Part shown: positions 18,538-28,331 of the stretch, one piece after another
Layout of the letters: each line of letters starts with the position of its first letter
How positions within the stretch are numbered: position 1 is the stretch's first letter
Assembly: GCA_050287845.1 (NCBI GenBank)
Contig: JBNKCR010000118.1
Coordinates: 18,938 to 82,937, forward strand
Reading direction: 5' to 3'
DNA length: 64,000 nt
From: Polyangia bacterium
Lineage (GTDB): Bacteria; Myxococcota_A; Polyangia; JAAYKL01
Made by a program: the position numbers and the translations under genes
Notes under the pieces: generated by a model
Database searches by the model: none
The model's input: the letters and a program-made list of their open reading frames with translations, nothing else
What the model was told of the DNA's origin: nothing

Positions 18538-19244
18538 TCGTGTTTCATCAGATAAACTGCTTTTCGGACGCCCATTCGCCCAAAATACCCCAAGATTCCA
18601 CAGATGGGAGCTTTAATTGCGCACCTTAGCATTAAACGCCCACCAATCGCAATAACAGGCCGATGAAAGCCCCGAAAATCCGTTTTGTCTCGCCTGTGCC
18701 TGGACAATGACCAACTAAATCAGAATTTCATATCCGGCTATAAAATACGATTAAAAACGGCGCGGATCAAATTCCAGAGAAACGGGAAGGCCAGACGGAT
18801 TTCAACAGCGACTGGACAGACAAGGAGCGGAGTGGGGGCACCATGCCTGTTTCACTGGCTTCAGGGCTTGCGATTTTTCCCGTCCAGTGAGCGCTACAGT
18901 CTGGTTGCAAATATCTGATTTCGGAGCGGCGTCATCCTATGTTTCAAATTAATGAATTCAATCACTTGGATGTCATCTTCCCCGGTTTATCCACTATTTA
19001 TCCACAGGTGCCGTGGTTGAACCGGTGTGCGATGTACATGCGTGTCACTTCTGACATTTTCGTGAATCCGTATTTGTAACTATTCGCAATTAATTGATTA
19101 TTTGGATTCCGCAAATAAAATGCAAAGCATATATTGTGTGGCGTGGGGTGAAAAATGACACACATGTATAAAAGCGTGCGGATAAAGTTATTCACATGTC
19201 ATCAAATAAAAAACCGTATTTAATATTTAAATTTCTACTGGAAG

Positions 19245-19751
19245 TCAAGATGTGAATAATGTTTTTTTGAACAGTTTGAGCAGTTCAAATGCCCTGTGTT
19301 TCATCTGCGTTTCGGTGGCGTCATTTTCGTGAGTATGCCCCATGAGATGCAGGATACCATGGATCAGAAGAGAGGTGACCTCATCCAACAGAGTACCACC
19401 CAGTTCCTCCGCCTGACGGGCGGCGGTTTCAATAGATATAACAATATCTCCGAGGAGAAGTCCGGTGGGCGTTTGGAGAGCGCCTTCGTTCATGGGAAAG
19501 GATAACACATCTGTTGGCTGGTCTTTGTGCCGGTATTCCCGGTTCAGACTCTGAATGAATGAGTCGTCCGACAGCACGATGGATAATTCACATTGTGTAC
19601 ACCCCAGCGTGGCGAGGATGTGTTGGGCGCGTTTTTTCACCGTAGCGGAAGCCGGACCGGCTTTAACGCGTTTTCGGGAAACCGCCACGGTATTTGTTTT
19701 GTTTTCCGGTGTCGTGGGTGGCCTTGAAGAGGGAATGTTTGTATTTTTCAT
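19245..19751 (-). CDS. ybeY: rRNA maturation endoribonuclease YbeY
   Basis: The H-x3-H-x5-H zinc motif is HGILHLMGHTHE. The upstream block DVLSFPMNE is also present. Confidence 0.8.
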   Translation of the reverse strand: MKNTNIPSSRPPTTPENKTNTVAVSRKRVKAGPASATVKKRAQHILATLGCTQCELSIVLSDDSFIQSLNREYRHKDQPTDVLSFPMNEGALQTPTGLLLGDIVISIETAARQAEELGGTLLDEVTSLLIHGILHLMGHTHENDATETQMKHRAFELLKLFKKTLFTS

Positions 19752-19869
19752 TGCGCATTATATTCGTTGAAAATTGACGCAATGTAAATGAAACAGTGGA
19801 TTTTCTCCATATTTATAATGGACAACAATTGGATTTACCACAGCCATGCGTTTTGAGTGGTACATGTGC

Positions 19870-20850
19870 CTATATGTGTCTTTTCAGGTTAATGAGTACC
19901 TGGGCAGCCGTTTTTTGCAATTGCGTTGCACCGGTTCGAAACATGCAGGTACCGCGAAGCTGTTCCATTAATTTCTCTGGCGCCATCGAGGCAAACTCTT
20001 CCAGCGATGACGCAATATGTTCGTTGGCTGGTCTTTCCAGAATGGTAGGCGCCTGGCGATTTTGAGGACAGACGGATACACATCTGTCGCATCCGAAAAT
20101 TCCCCCCAGTTGCTCAAGTATATCCCCACTCGGCACAATTGTATGGGATTCGATGGTAATGTACGAGAGGCAACGGGGGACATCGATGATTCCGTCCGCG
20201 CAAAGTGCGCCGGTGGGACACTCCTTCTGACAGCTATGGCATTCTCCACAAAAGGCAAACGGTTTGAAAAGTGAATGCGGCTCGGCATGTTGACAGTCTG
20301 GCACATGGGCCAGAACAATCTCGCCAAGTAGGACTTTAGCGCCCACCCCGGGAACAAGCAGCATGCCGTTGCGCCCCAACGCGCCGATGCCCGCCCGGAG
20401 AGCGAGGGTTCGCTCCATGAGCGGTGCCGTATCCACGAATACACGATATTCGGCATCCTTATATACGGATGAAATTTTTCGAGAGATGCGCGTGAGGCTG
20501 GCGCGGACCGTTTTGTGATAATCTCTGCCTCTGGCATACTCCGCGATGTATTGCCAGATGGGGGGAAGTGTCCCCGGCTGGCCACAGGGAAAGGCAACGC
20601 AGACGATAACATTGGCGTCTTTCAGTATCCTGGCGGACCCGGGATTTCTGCGAACCGCCAAGTGAGAACGAAGGTAGTTCAGTTCGCCGCTTCGGGGCGA
20701 CTGCACCCAGCTCTGGTACCGTTCGAAATCGTCATGCGTTATCTCTATTGCAGGACATACTCCCACTGCAATGGCGCCGGCTTCCTGAACGATGGGGATT
20801 AAAAACTGCCAGGGATGTGGGAGGTTTCCTATATATATTGAATCTGTCAT
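19870..20850 (-). CDS. queG: Epoxyqueuosine reductase QueG (tRNA queuosine biosynthesis)
   Basis: Two 4Fe-4S ferredoxin motifs are present (CGECHSCQKECPTGAL and CDRCVSVCP). The conserved block RCLSYITIE is also present. The start is uncertain: ATG at 20850 or GTG at 20886. Confidence 0.75.
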   Translation of the reverse strand: MTDSIYIGNLPHPWQFLIPIVQEAGAIAVGVCPAIEITHDDFERYQSWVQSPRSGELNYLRSHLAVRRNPGSARILKDANVIVCVAFPCGQPGTLPPIWQYIAEYARGRDYHKTVRASLTRISRKISSVYKDAEYRVFVDTAPLMERTLALRAGIGALGRNGMLLVPGVGAKVLLGEIVLAHVPDCQHAEPHSLFKPFAFCGECHSCQKECPTGALCADGIIDVPRCLSYITIESHTIVPSGDILEQLGGIFGCDRCVSVCPQNRQAPTILERPANEHIASSLEEFASMAPEKLMEQLRGTCMFRTGATQLQKTAAQVLINLKRHI

Positions 20851-20984
20851 CGGCAAAAACACTAAACCAATTAAACGCGGTTGCACAAAAAAAACAATAA
20901 TTCTAAACTGTAGTGATAAATTTGCGTGTCGTTATCACAGACGCAAATATCGAATTGCAACGAAATCTGACCGGAAAGGTGCCA

Positions 20985-21881
20985 ATGGCTTCTTTTATTG
21001 ACGACCACGAACTCACGACCGTTTCGACCAGAGAAAGCACTTTTATCGGTTCAGTAGAACGTCGGGATGCTCTGGTGCAGATTTATCCCCCGGGCGCGCA
21101 ATTGGGACGAAAGTGGGAGCTTGGCGAGGACGCGATTACCATTGGTCGGGATGCCTCGAACCACATTGTGATTCCGAAGAATGCCGTTTCCCGAAAACAT
21201 GCCAAAGTTACCCTGGAAGGTGAGACGCGAATTCTAACGGATTTGCAGAGCACCAATGGCTCTTATCTCAATGGCCGGCCCATTATTTCAGCGCCATTGA
21301 ATCAGGGAGATCAGGTAAAAATAGGTGGGACTATCTTTAAATATCTGGAAGGCTCCAATGTGGAAACGGCGTACCACGAAGAAATCTATCGAATGGCTAT
21401 CATTGATGGTCTGACCAGTATCAATAATAAGCGTTTTTTCATGGGAGAGCTCGAGCGGGAAACGGCTCGGGCTGTTCGACACAATCGCCCGCTGTCTCTG
21501 CTGATTTTCGATATTGACCGGTTTAAAGTGATTAACGATACATATGGCCATCTCGCTGGAGACACCATTCTTCAACAACTGGCACGAGAAATTTCCAACC
21601 GGATTCGTTCCGGGGAGCTTTTCGCCCGATATGGCGGAGAAGAGTTCGTTATTCTGCTGCCGGAGACCGCCAAGGCCGGGGCCATGAAGTTTGCAGAACA
21701 ATTGCGCCGTCTGGTCGCTGAATCCACATTCCGGTTCGAGCATGTAGTGATTCCCGTTAGCATCAGCGTCGGAGTGGCAACCCTTGACAAGGAACATTGC
21801 AACTCTGAGACACTGATAGCGCTGGCAGATGAAAAATTGTACGTTGCCAAAGCGGATGGGCGAAATCAAGTCATGGGATGA
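20985..21881 (+). CDS. FHA domain-GGDEF diguanylate cyclase
   Basis: The FHA block is GRDASNHIVIPKNAVSRKHAKV…TNGSYLNGRP. The GGDEF block has RYGGEEFVILLP with RxxD upstream. The ATG at 20985 follows GGAAAGG. Confidence 0.8.
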   Translation: MASFIDDHELTTVSTRESTFIGSVERRDALVQIYPPGAQLGRKWELGEDAITIGRDASNHIVIPKNAVSRKHAKVTLEGETRILTDLQSTNGSYLNGRPIISAPLNQGDQVKIGGTIFKYLEGSNVETAYHEEIYRMAIIDGLTSINNKRFFMGELERETARAVRHNRPLSLLIFDIDRFKVINDTYGHLAGDTILQQLAREISNRIRSGELFARYGGEEFVILLPETAKAGAMKFAEQLRRLVAESTFRFEHVVIPVSISVGVATLDKEHCNSETLIALADEKLYVAKADGRNQVMG

Positions 21882-21983
21882 TTTGCGAAGCAATTTCGTG
21901 GCCAGTCCAGCGTGTATCCATTCATTAAATTGTCACAAGGGGTGATGAAAAAGCCGATTATTTGAGGAGACCGGTTGGCGGGA

Positions 21984-22379
21984 CTATTTTTTACGCTGAC
22001 TCTTGCGGGAGCCCAATGCCCGAATATCCATCGCCGCGCCGGATTCTTTCACGTATGTGAAGCCGTCGCCAATCAGGAAGTCGTCAATACCATTGTCAAA
22101 AGTAATTCTGATGTCCACCGGTCCGGGAGCGTTACCGGGCGGGGTGCTGATGATCAGTTTCTCAGTTCCCTGGATGGAGACGTTATCTGCTTTATTGCCC
22201 CCGACATATACAGAGATACCCATATTGTTGTGAAATCCGGAGCCGATGATCTCCAACGGTTCACCGCCGGCGACATTGCCGGTTTTCGGGGAAATATCTT
22301 TGATGGCAAGGGGTTTTTCACAGCCGCACAGGGCTGCTGCCAGAACCATGATTCCAATTACCCAGAATGTTTTTCTCAC
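21984..22379 (-). CDS. Lipoprotein with an IPT/TIG-like beta-sandwich domain
   Basis: The lipobox is MVLAAALCGC. A GGEPLEIIGSGF…VYVGG pattern typical of IPT/TIG is present. Confidence 0.45.
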   Translation of the reverse strand: MRKTFWVIGIMVLAAALCGCEKPLAIKDISPKTGNVAGGEPLEIIGSGFHNNMGISVYVGGNKADNVSIQGTEKLIISTPPGNAPGPVDIRITFDNGIDDFLIGDGFTYVKESGAAMDIRALGSRKSQRKK

Positions 22380-22664
22380 AGCATTTACTCCTTATACTCA
22401 AAAAAGTATGTTGACCATTACTTTAATTTACCCGTCCATTTGGTGGTACCCGAGGGCGGGCGTTAAAGTCAAGGATTTTCCACGTTGACTGAAATCCCAA
22501 TGACAATTTGTGCGAAATTCGGACAACGAATGATGCCAGTGTCATTCTGTTCCTCAATATGCAGACATAACTGGACATTCCATTTAATAATTCAATTGTT
22601 TGTGCGGGCAGAATTTTACGCGTTTTCCGCTGTTGCGACGGGCGGGACTGCTGGATTTTTATTA

Positions 22665-22684
22665 AAGTAATTGAACAATTACTT
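22665..22684. promoter_or_regulatory. Perfect 9-bp-arm palindrome AAGTAATTG-AA-CAATTACTT about 70 bp upstream of the response-regulator gene start. Candidate operator.
   Basis: Seen directly in the sequence. Confidence 0.35.
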
Positions 22685-22754
22685 GAAAATAAACTTTGTA
22701 AAGACAATACTTAGCATCTGACAATAATAGCGATGAAATCAGGTAGGATTCACA

Positions 22755-25451
22755 GTGGCAAAACAACATCTGTTAATTGTTGATTCAGATCCGAAGAGTT
22801 TGAGAGTATTGGAAGTCAGTTTGAAGAAAGCGGGCTTCAGCGTCACTCGCGCATCCAACGGCCTGGATGCAATCGAAAAAATTCAGATTTCGGCTCCGGA
22901 TATGATTATCACGGAAACGGCGATGCCGGAGATGAATGGGTTCGAGCTCATACAGCAACTTCGGAGCAGCAAAGAATGGAAGGATATTCCAGTGATGTTC
23001 CTCACCGCGCAGAAGTCCATTGAGGACAAGATTCGCGGTCTGGAACAGGGGGTTGAAGATTATCTGACCAAGCCCATTTTTATCCGGGAAATTCTCGCGA
23101 GGGTGTCGCTGGTAATGCAGCGGCGTCAGCGGGAGCGGCTTGAAACCCGCGGATCTAAAACAGAATTTGCGGGAAATCTGAGTGATATGGGAATCATTGA
23201 TTTGATTCAGACAATTGATATCAGTCAGAAATCCGGCGTTATTCATGTAGATCGAAAAGGGGATTCCGGTGATATTTTCTTCAGAAACGGGAAGGTGATT
23301 GACGCTTCCACTTCGAGTCGTTCCGGTGAGGAGGCGGTGTACCGGATGCTGGTGTGGTCGGAGGGGCATTTTCACATTGAGTTCAAGAATGTAAAAAATA
23401 CGGACGTTATTTCGCTTTCCACACAGGGGCTTCTCATGGAAGGGATGCGACGTCTGGATGAATGGGGGCGCCTGCAGGAACAGTTGCCGTCATTAAATTC
23501 GATTTTTGATATTGACGATCAGTTGCTTGCCGAGCGGCTGGGCGAGATTCCAGATGAAATTAACACCCTGCTGAAACATTTTGATGGTCGGCGTTCTCTG
23601 ATGGAGGTGGTGAATCTGTGTCCTCTGGGAGACCTTGAAGCGCTGACCGTAATTACGAAATTGTTTTTCGAAGGCTTGATTTACGACATGGGCACGATGC
23701 AACCGGAGGACCTGGAAACGGCACCGCCAGTGCATCCTGCAATGTTTGATGCGACGGGGGCCGGCGCTTCGATTCCATCTCCGGACGCTGTAGTTGGGGA
23801 GGTTGAAAGCGCGGCGGAGGCGGAACGCGTTGCGACACGTGCCAACACCATGGAAACGTATCAGCCTACCGTGGGGCCTGACGAGACCATTGATGCCATT
23901 GGAGATCCGCGCAAAAGTGAGGTTGTCGCCGGCCGGGGAGAATCCAGCGTCCGAGCGGAATCGAAAGACCGGCCAATTACCGGAAAGTACAAACTTGCAT
24001 CCATGGCAGATGCTGAACCCGATGCTGAAGATGGGACGTCGGGTGGTCAGGCCTCAGAGTTGTCTCTGCCTGCTGAGCAGAAGACTATGATGATGCATGT
24101 ATCCAAAACGCCAACCGATCCTCCTCCGCGGGTGGCAACCAGACAGGATGACGACGCGCGCGTGGCTGCGCGGGGACAGTCCGATGCGGAGCGTCTTCAT
24201 TCGGATGATACGGATACATTGTCTGGAGGGGTTGTTCCATCAGATTTTGATGAATTGGTGCATAGTACGGCTGACATTGAGACAACAGCTCCCCATGCTG
24301 TGGTCGATGATGTTGACGGGGTAGTGCCGGATAGAGATTCGGATGTCGCAGTATTGACGGAGGAGGAAAATGACGATTCCTCGAGGTATACTTCTCCAGT
24401 CATTCGGAGGGATGAATCGCCGGTATCGGCTGAGCAGGAGGCGGGGGGAACCAATGACGCCAATGACGCTGTAGTCGCTCAATCCGAGGCAGGGCGGGGT
24501 GATGCGGAACCGAAAGTCGATGAAGTCGATGTGGACAGAGAGACCGCTGATGATTCGACAACCAGGAAGGAAACGACGTCCGGAGAGAACAGAGGAGCGT
24601 TGGCGGAGAACGATGAGGCGGAAGACGTTGACGAAGGCGAAGAAGAAGGCGAAGAAGAAGGCGAAGAAGAGGACGAATGGGCGGAACTCGACAGCGCAAC
24701 ATCCCGGGGACATTTGAAAAAAGTGATTATTGCGGTCATTGCGATGGCCGTGCTGGGTGGGGCGGCTGCGGTTATTTTTGGTACGGATTTGATTTTGAAA
24801 TCTTCTTCGACTGACGGTGACGTGCCCGCTAAGGCCGATTCGGTTTCGCCCACCGATAAAACAGAAAGCGGGGCAGGCAAAGCGGCAGGTCTGGCAGAAA
24901 AGAATTCAGTGAATGAACGGGACCGCGACACGGCAGCAGAATCGGTTGCTTCCGCTGCGACTGCGGAGACGCCCGGTGAAGGGACCACTGTTGACACTGA
25001 CTCGGTAAAAGCGCTCGATTCTGATGTGTCATCAACAATGGTATCCGCCGTCTCCCAAAAACTGCCGTCGGTTTCATCACCTCCTGCACCGCCACCTGAC
25101 GCTGAAAAAATGGCGGAGTATAAAAAGTTGGTGAAGAAAGCATCGAAGCAATCCCGGGAGAAGCAACTTGCGACTCTGGAGTCTGCCATAGCCATTTATC
25201 CCGACGGAGTGGACGCATTGACCGATTATACCCTCGTGGCGATGGAAAAACGCAAATATCACGATAAGGCGCTTGAGTATGCCGCGCGTGTGGTCCGAAT
25301 CGATCCCGGCAACGCCAGGGCCTGGCTGGCCATTGGGTATATCTATCAGTTGCAGAATAAAAGCGACGAATCGAAAGAAGCCTATAGAAAGTGCGCTGAA
25401 TGCAAGGGACCTGCGGAGTTTGTCCGAAACTGCAAGCTATTGGCCAGGTGA
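22755..25451 (+). CDS. Response-regulator receiver + DUF4388 + long acidic low-complexity region + TM + C-terminal TPR protein
   Basis: The receiver domain is LLIVDSDP…IITETAMPEMNGFEL…LTAQ. The DUF4388-like block is GNLSDMGIIDLIQTIDISQKSGVIHV. An EEGEEEGEEEDEW acidic tract is followed by the hydrophobic helix VIIAVIAMAVLGGAAAVIFG and TPR-like repeats at the C-terminus. The start is GTG after AGGTAGGA. Confidence 0.65.
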   Translation: MAKQHLLIVDSDPKSLRVLEVSLKKAGFSVTRASNGLDAIEKIQISAPDMIITETAMPEMNGFELIQQLRSSKEWKDIPVMFLTAQKSIEDKIRGLEQGVEDYLTKPIFIREILARVSLVMQRRQRERLETRGSKTEFAGNLSDMGIIDLIQTIDISQKSGVIHVDRKGDSGDIFFRNGKVIDASTSSRSGEEAVYRMLVWSEGHFHIEFKNVKNTDVISLSTQGLLMEGMRRLDEWGRLQEQLPSLNSIFDIDDQLLAERLGEIPDEINTLLKHFDGRRSLMEVVNLCPLGDLEALTVITKLFFEGLIYDMGTMQPEDLETAPPVHPAMFDATGAGASIPSPDAVVGEVESAAEAERVATRANTMETYQPTVGPDETIDAIGDPRKSEVVAGRGESSVRAESKDRPITGKYKLASMADAEPDAEDGTSGGQASELSLPAEQKTMMMHVSKTPTDPPPRVATRQDDDARVAARGQSDAERLHSDDTDTLSGGVVPSDFDELVHSTADIETTAPHAVVDDVDGVVPDRDSDVAVLTEEENDDSSRYTSPVIRRDESPVSAEQEAGGTNDANDAVVAQSEAGRGDAEPKVDEVDVDRETADDSTTRKETTSGENRGALAENDEAEDVDEGEEEGEEEGEEEDEWAELDSATSRGHLKKVIIAVIAMAVLGGAAAVIFGTDLILKSSSTDGDVPAKADSVSPTDKTESGAGKAAGLAEKNSVNERDRDTAAESVASAATAETPGEGTTVDTDSVKALDSDVSSTMVSAVSQKLPSVSSPPAPPPDAEKMAEYKKLVKKASKQSREKQLATLESAIAIYPDGVDALTDYTLVAMEKRKYHDKALEYAARVVRIDPGNARAWLAIGYIYQLQNKSDESKEAYRKCAECKGPAEFVRNCKLLAR

Positions 25452-25619
25452 TCGGGATCGCACTGCTGAAATGACTCACCGGATAGATAGGGAGCTTCCG
25501 TTCGTGGCTATACGGACTCATGCAATTTTCAGTTATTGGATGGCCCCTGAACACATTGTCCTTTCGAATCAGGGAATCTCAATGCTCTCGCCGTATCATC
25601 AACTGCTCATGTGTTCTTT

Positions 25620-25982
25620 TTAATAAATCTGAATTGTGGGATTGTTGGTATTGCAGTTGATGGGATTGGGTTCCCGGGGAGGCGTACCATCCGTTGTGGA
25701 TGGGTCTGAGGTACAGGCACATCCACTGGGGCTGGTGCAAAGGGTGCCGTTGGGAACGCAATCATTTCCGCAGGGAAAAGTACATTCCGTGCACACCGTG
25801 CAACAGTCTCCCTTGGATGACTTGGAAAATTGCTGGGGCGTCTTTTTTTCACGGGCCACCTGAACTGCTTTCAGGGTGACTGCCGTTGCCACAACCGCTC
25901 CCACGGGGGCACCTTTACCAGAGCAAGCAACCATAACAACGCTTGCGAACAGGACTGCAATACTACGTGCAAGCAACTTCAT
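25620..25982 (-). CDS. Small Cys-rich secreted lipoprotein
   Basis: The lipobox is VVMVACSGK. There are 14 Cys in about 60 aa. It lies immediately downstream of rel/spoT on the same strand. Confidence 0.4.
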   Translation of the reverse strand: MKLLARSIAVLFASVVMVACSGKGAPVGAVVATAVTLKAVQVAREKKTPQQFSKSSKGDCCTVCTECTFPCGNDCVPNGTLCTSPSGCACTSDPSTTDGTPPREPNPINCNTNNPTIQIY

Positions 25983-26020
25983 GTTTCAAATATAACCAAC
26001 AAAACGCTGGAAGGCGAGGG

Positions 26021-28165
26021 TTAATTCTGCAAACGAATCACATCGTAGACGCCTTTAATCTGACGTAATGTGCGGATCAGCTCGTTCAGCTGTATGGCAT
26101 TGTCGACCGGAAAGGTGAATGTGCTCACCGCGCCGGTGGGATCGCTCGTATCACAATGGACTGATGTGATGTTGATATGGCGGTTCTGAAAGGAATTGCT
26201 CAGCGTAGCCAGTATTCCGGGGCGATCGCCGGAGATTACCTGCAATTTCACTGGGCGCCTGGCGGTTGCATTTTCACTCCAGCGTACTTTTGTCTGCCTC
26301 TCTTTTTCTAGGTATGTCGACTGTTGGCATCCCTGCCGGTGAACAATAATTCCTCTGCCGCGACTGATGTACCCGATAACCGGTTCCCCGGGCAGGGGAT
26401 TACAGCATTTGGCAAAGTGCACCAGCATATTGTCCACACCATCGATGACTACTCCGTCATCCTGCCATTTCACTTTCCGCAGCAGTTTTTCGAATGTGGT
26501 TTCCCGGATGTGGGGCTTCACGTTTGTTTTACTGTCATCGGGCAGCAGGTCGTAGGCCACGGCATTTTCGTCCAGTCTGCCGTATCCGATGGCCGCAATG
26601 ACATCGTTGGCGCTGGACAACTTGTACTTCGGCGCCAGTTTATCCAGCTCGCCGGATTTTATTGCTTTATTGTAGGAAATGCCGGCCCCGCGGAGAGCTT
26701 TTTCAATCAGTTTTTTTCCGAACTGCAGAGACTGCGCCCGCTGTTCGGTTCGCAGATAGGCTTTGATTTTGTTTCGTGCGCGGCTGGATTTGGCGATGTC
26801 AAGCCAGGCAAGGGAGGGGCGTTGATCCCTGGAGGTGATGATTTCGACGTGATCGCCGTTTTTAAGATGCGTATCAAACGGTACCATGGCTCCGTTTACC
26901 CGGGCGCCTCGACATTGATGTCCCACTTCGGTGTGGATAGCGTAGGCGAAATCCAACGGCGTGGCGCCGGCGCTGAGGGTTTTTATTTCGCCAGCGGGAG
27001 TGAAGACAAATACATCTTCATGAAGCAAGTCCACTTTTACAGAATCGAAGAATTCTCTGGAATCCTCCAAATCGCTCTGATTCTCCAGAATTTCTCTCAA
27101 CCAGATGTACACATCTTTTTCGTTGGGCTGGGTCCCCTCTTTGTACGCCCAGTGGGCGGCGATGCCATACTCATTTATCTGATGCATCTCACGGGTGCGA
27201 ATCTGAATTTCCATTCGCTCGCCGCCGTCACCCACCACCGTTGTGTGGAGAGACTGATAGTGATTGGGCTTGGGCATGGCGATGTAATCTTTGATATAGC
27301 CAGGCACGGGAATCCATTTGGAGTGAATCACGCCGAAGATGGCGTAGCATTGTTCAATGGAATCGCACAGTACACGAAATGCAATCGCGTCATGAATTTT
27401 ATCGAGCTCCAAATCCTTTCGAACCATTTTCATATGAATGGAGTGCAGGTTTTTCAGCCGACCCGATACTTCCGCTTCGAATCCTCGGCTGCGCAGTAAC
27501 TGCTCAAGCTCTTTTTTCACGTTATTGATGTACAGAATCCGCTCTTTACGGGTTTTTTTGACTGCCGTTGCCAGCTGGTAATATTTTTCTGGCTCCAGAT
27601 ACTTGAATGACAGGTCGTCGAGATCCGCTTTCAGCCAGGCAAGTCCGAGTCTCCCGGCCAGTGGTGTATAAATATCCCGGGTCTCCTGGGCAATGCGTTC
27701 CTGTTTCTCGGCTGGCAGTGCATTCAGGGTTGACATATTGTGCAACCGGTCTGCCAGTTTGATCAGCAGGATTCGGATGTCCGAGACCGTGGCGATGAGC
27801 ATTTTTCGAAAGCTTTCCGCCTGTCGTTCCTCTTTGTGGACGAAGTGAACATTGTCGAGTTTTGTCAGGCCGTCCACCAGCAGTGCCACGTCGGTTCCGA
27901 ACTTTTCCTTTATTTCTTCCTTGGTGGTGTCAGTGTCCTCCACTACATCGTGGAGAAGCGCCGCACAGATGGATGGCTCGCATAGACCCATGTCCGCCGC
28001 AATTTTTGCCACGGACATCGGGTGAACGATGTACTCATCTCCGGAACGTCGTTTCTGACCTTTATGTTTTTCGAGGGCGTAGCGGTAAGCCTCAAGAACT
28101 ACGTCTGTGTTTCCGTCGGCATGATGAAATGTAAAACTCTGTAGAACGTGTTCGATTTGCGCCAT
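26021..28165 (-). CDS. Bifunctional (p)ppGpp synthetase/hydrolase (Rel/SpoT family: HD, RelA_SpoT, TGS and ACT domains)
   Basis: The HD motif is LLHDVVEDT. The synthetase block is YIAMPKPNHYQSLHTTV. C-terminal TGS/ACT-like regions are present. The start was reset to the ATG at 28165. Confidence 0.85.
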   Translation of the reverse strand: MAQIEHVLQSFTFHHADGNTDVVLEAYRYALEKHKGQKRRSGDEYIVHPMSVAKIAADMGLCEPSICAALLHDVVEDTDTTKEEIKEKFGTDVALLVDGLTKLDNVHFVHKEERQAESFRKMLIATVSDIRILLIKLADRLHNMSTLNALPAEKQERIAQETRDIYTPLAGRLGLAWLKADLDDLSFKYLEPEKYYQLATAVKKTRKERILYINNVKKELEQLLRSRGFEAEVSGRLKNLHSIHMKMVRKDLELDKIHDAIAFRVLCDSIEQCYAIFGVIHSKWIPVPGYIKDYIAMPKPNHYQSLHTTVVGDGGERMEIQIRTREMHQINEYGIAAHWAYKEGTQPNEKDVYIWLREILENQSDLEDSREFFDSVKVDLLHEDVFVFTPAGEIKTLSAGATPLDFAYAIHTEVGHQCRGARVNGAMVPFDTHLKNGDHVEIITSRDQRPSLAWLDIAKSSRARNKIKAYLRTEQRAQSLQFGKKLIEKALRGAGISYNKAIKSGELDKLAPKYKLSSANDVIAAIGYGRLDENAVAYDLLPDDSKTNVKPHIRETTFEKLLRKVKWQDDGVVIDGVDNMLVHFAKCCNPLPGEPVIGYISRGRGIIVHRQGCQQSTYLEKERQTKVRWSENATARRPVKLQVISGDRPGILATLSNSFQNRHINITSVHCDTSDPTGAVSTFTFPVDNAIQLNELIRTLRQIKGVYDVIRLQN

Positions 28166-28331
28166 GAAAATATCAGTTGCATCCGGCCATTTTGAGCCGG
28201 AAAATCTGAAAGAGGTTCTCCTCTTTAATTTCGTCAAAGTTAATCACTATATTAAAAAACGACAATTGGATATACCTTTATCTGACGAATTATGTTTTGA
28301 ATTTAGTAGATAACTGCTATTAATCGCCGCC

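Noticed and set aside
18538-19244. Looked for a tRNA, tmRNA or small ORF in the 700-bp AT-rich gap between the ECF sigma gene and ybeY
   Set aside because: I could not identify a cloverleaf or T-loop (GTTCRANYC) by eye. The only ORF (18685-18918) is unsupported. I am leaving the region as a leader or promoter region to be scanned computationally.
26324-27499. 391-aa ORF antisense to rel/spoT
   Set aside because: It is fully embedded antisense in a highly conserved gene, has no motifs and has biased composition typical of GC-rich antisense frames.
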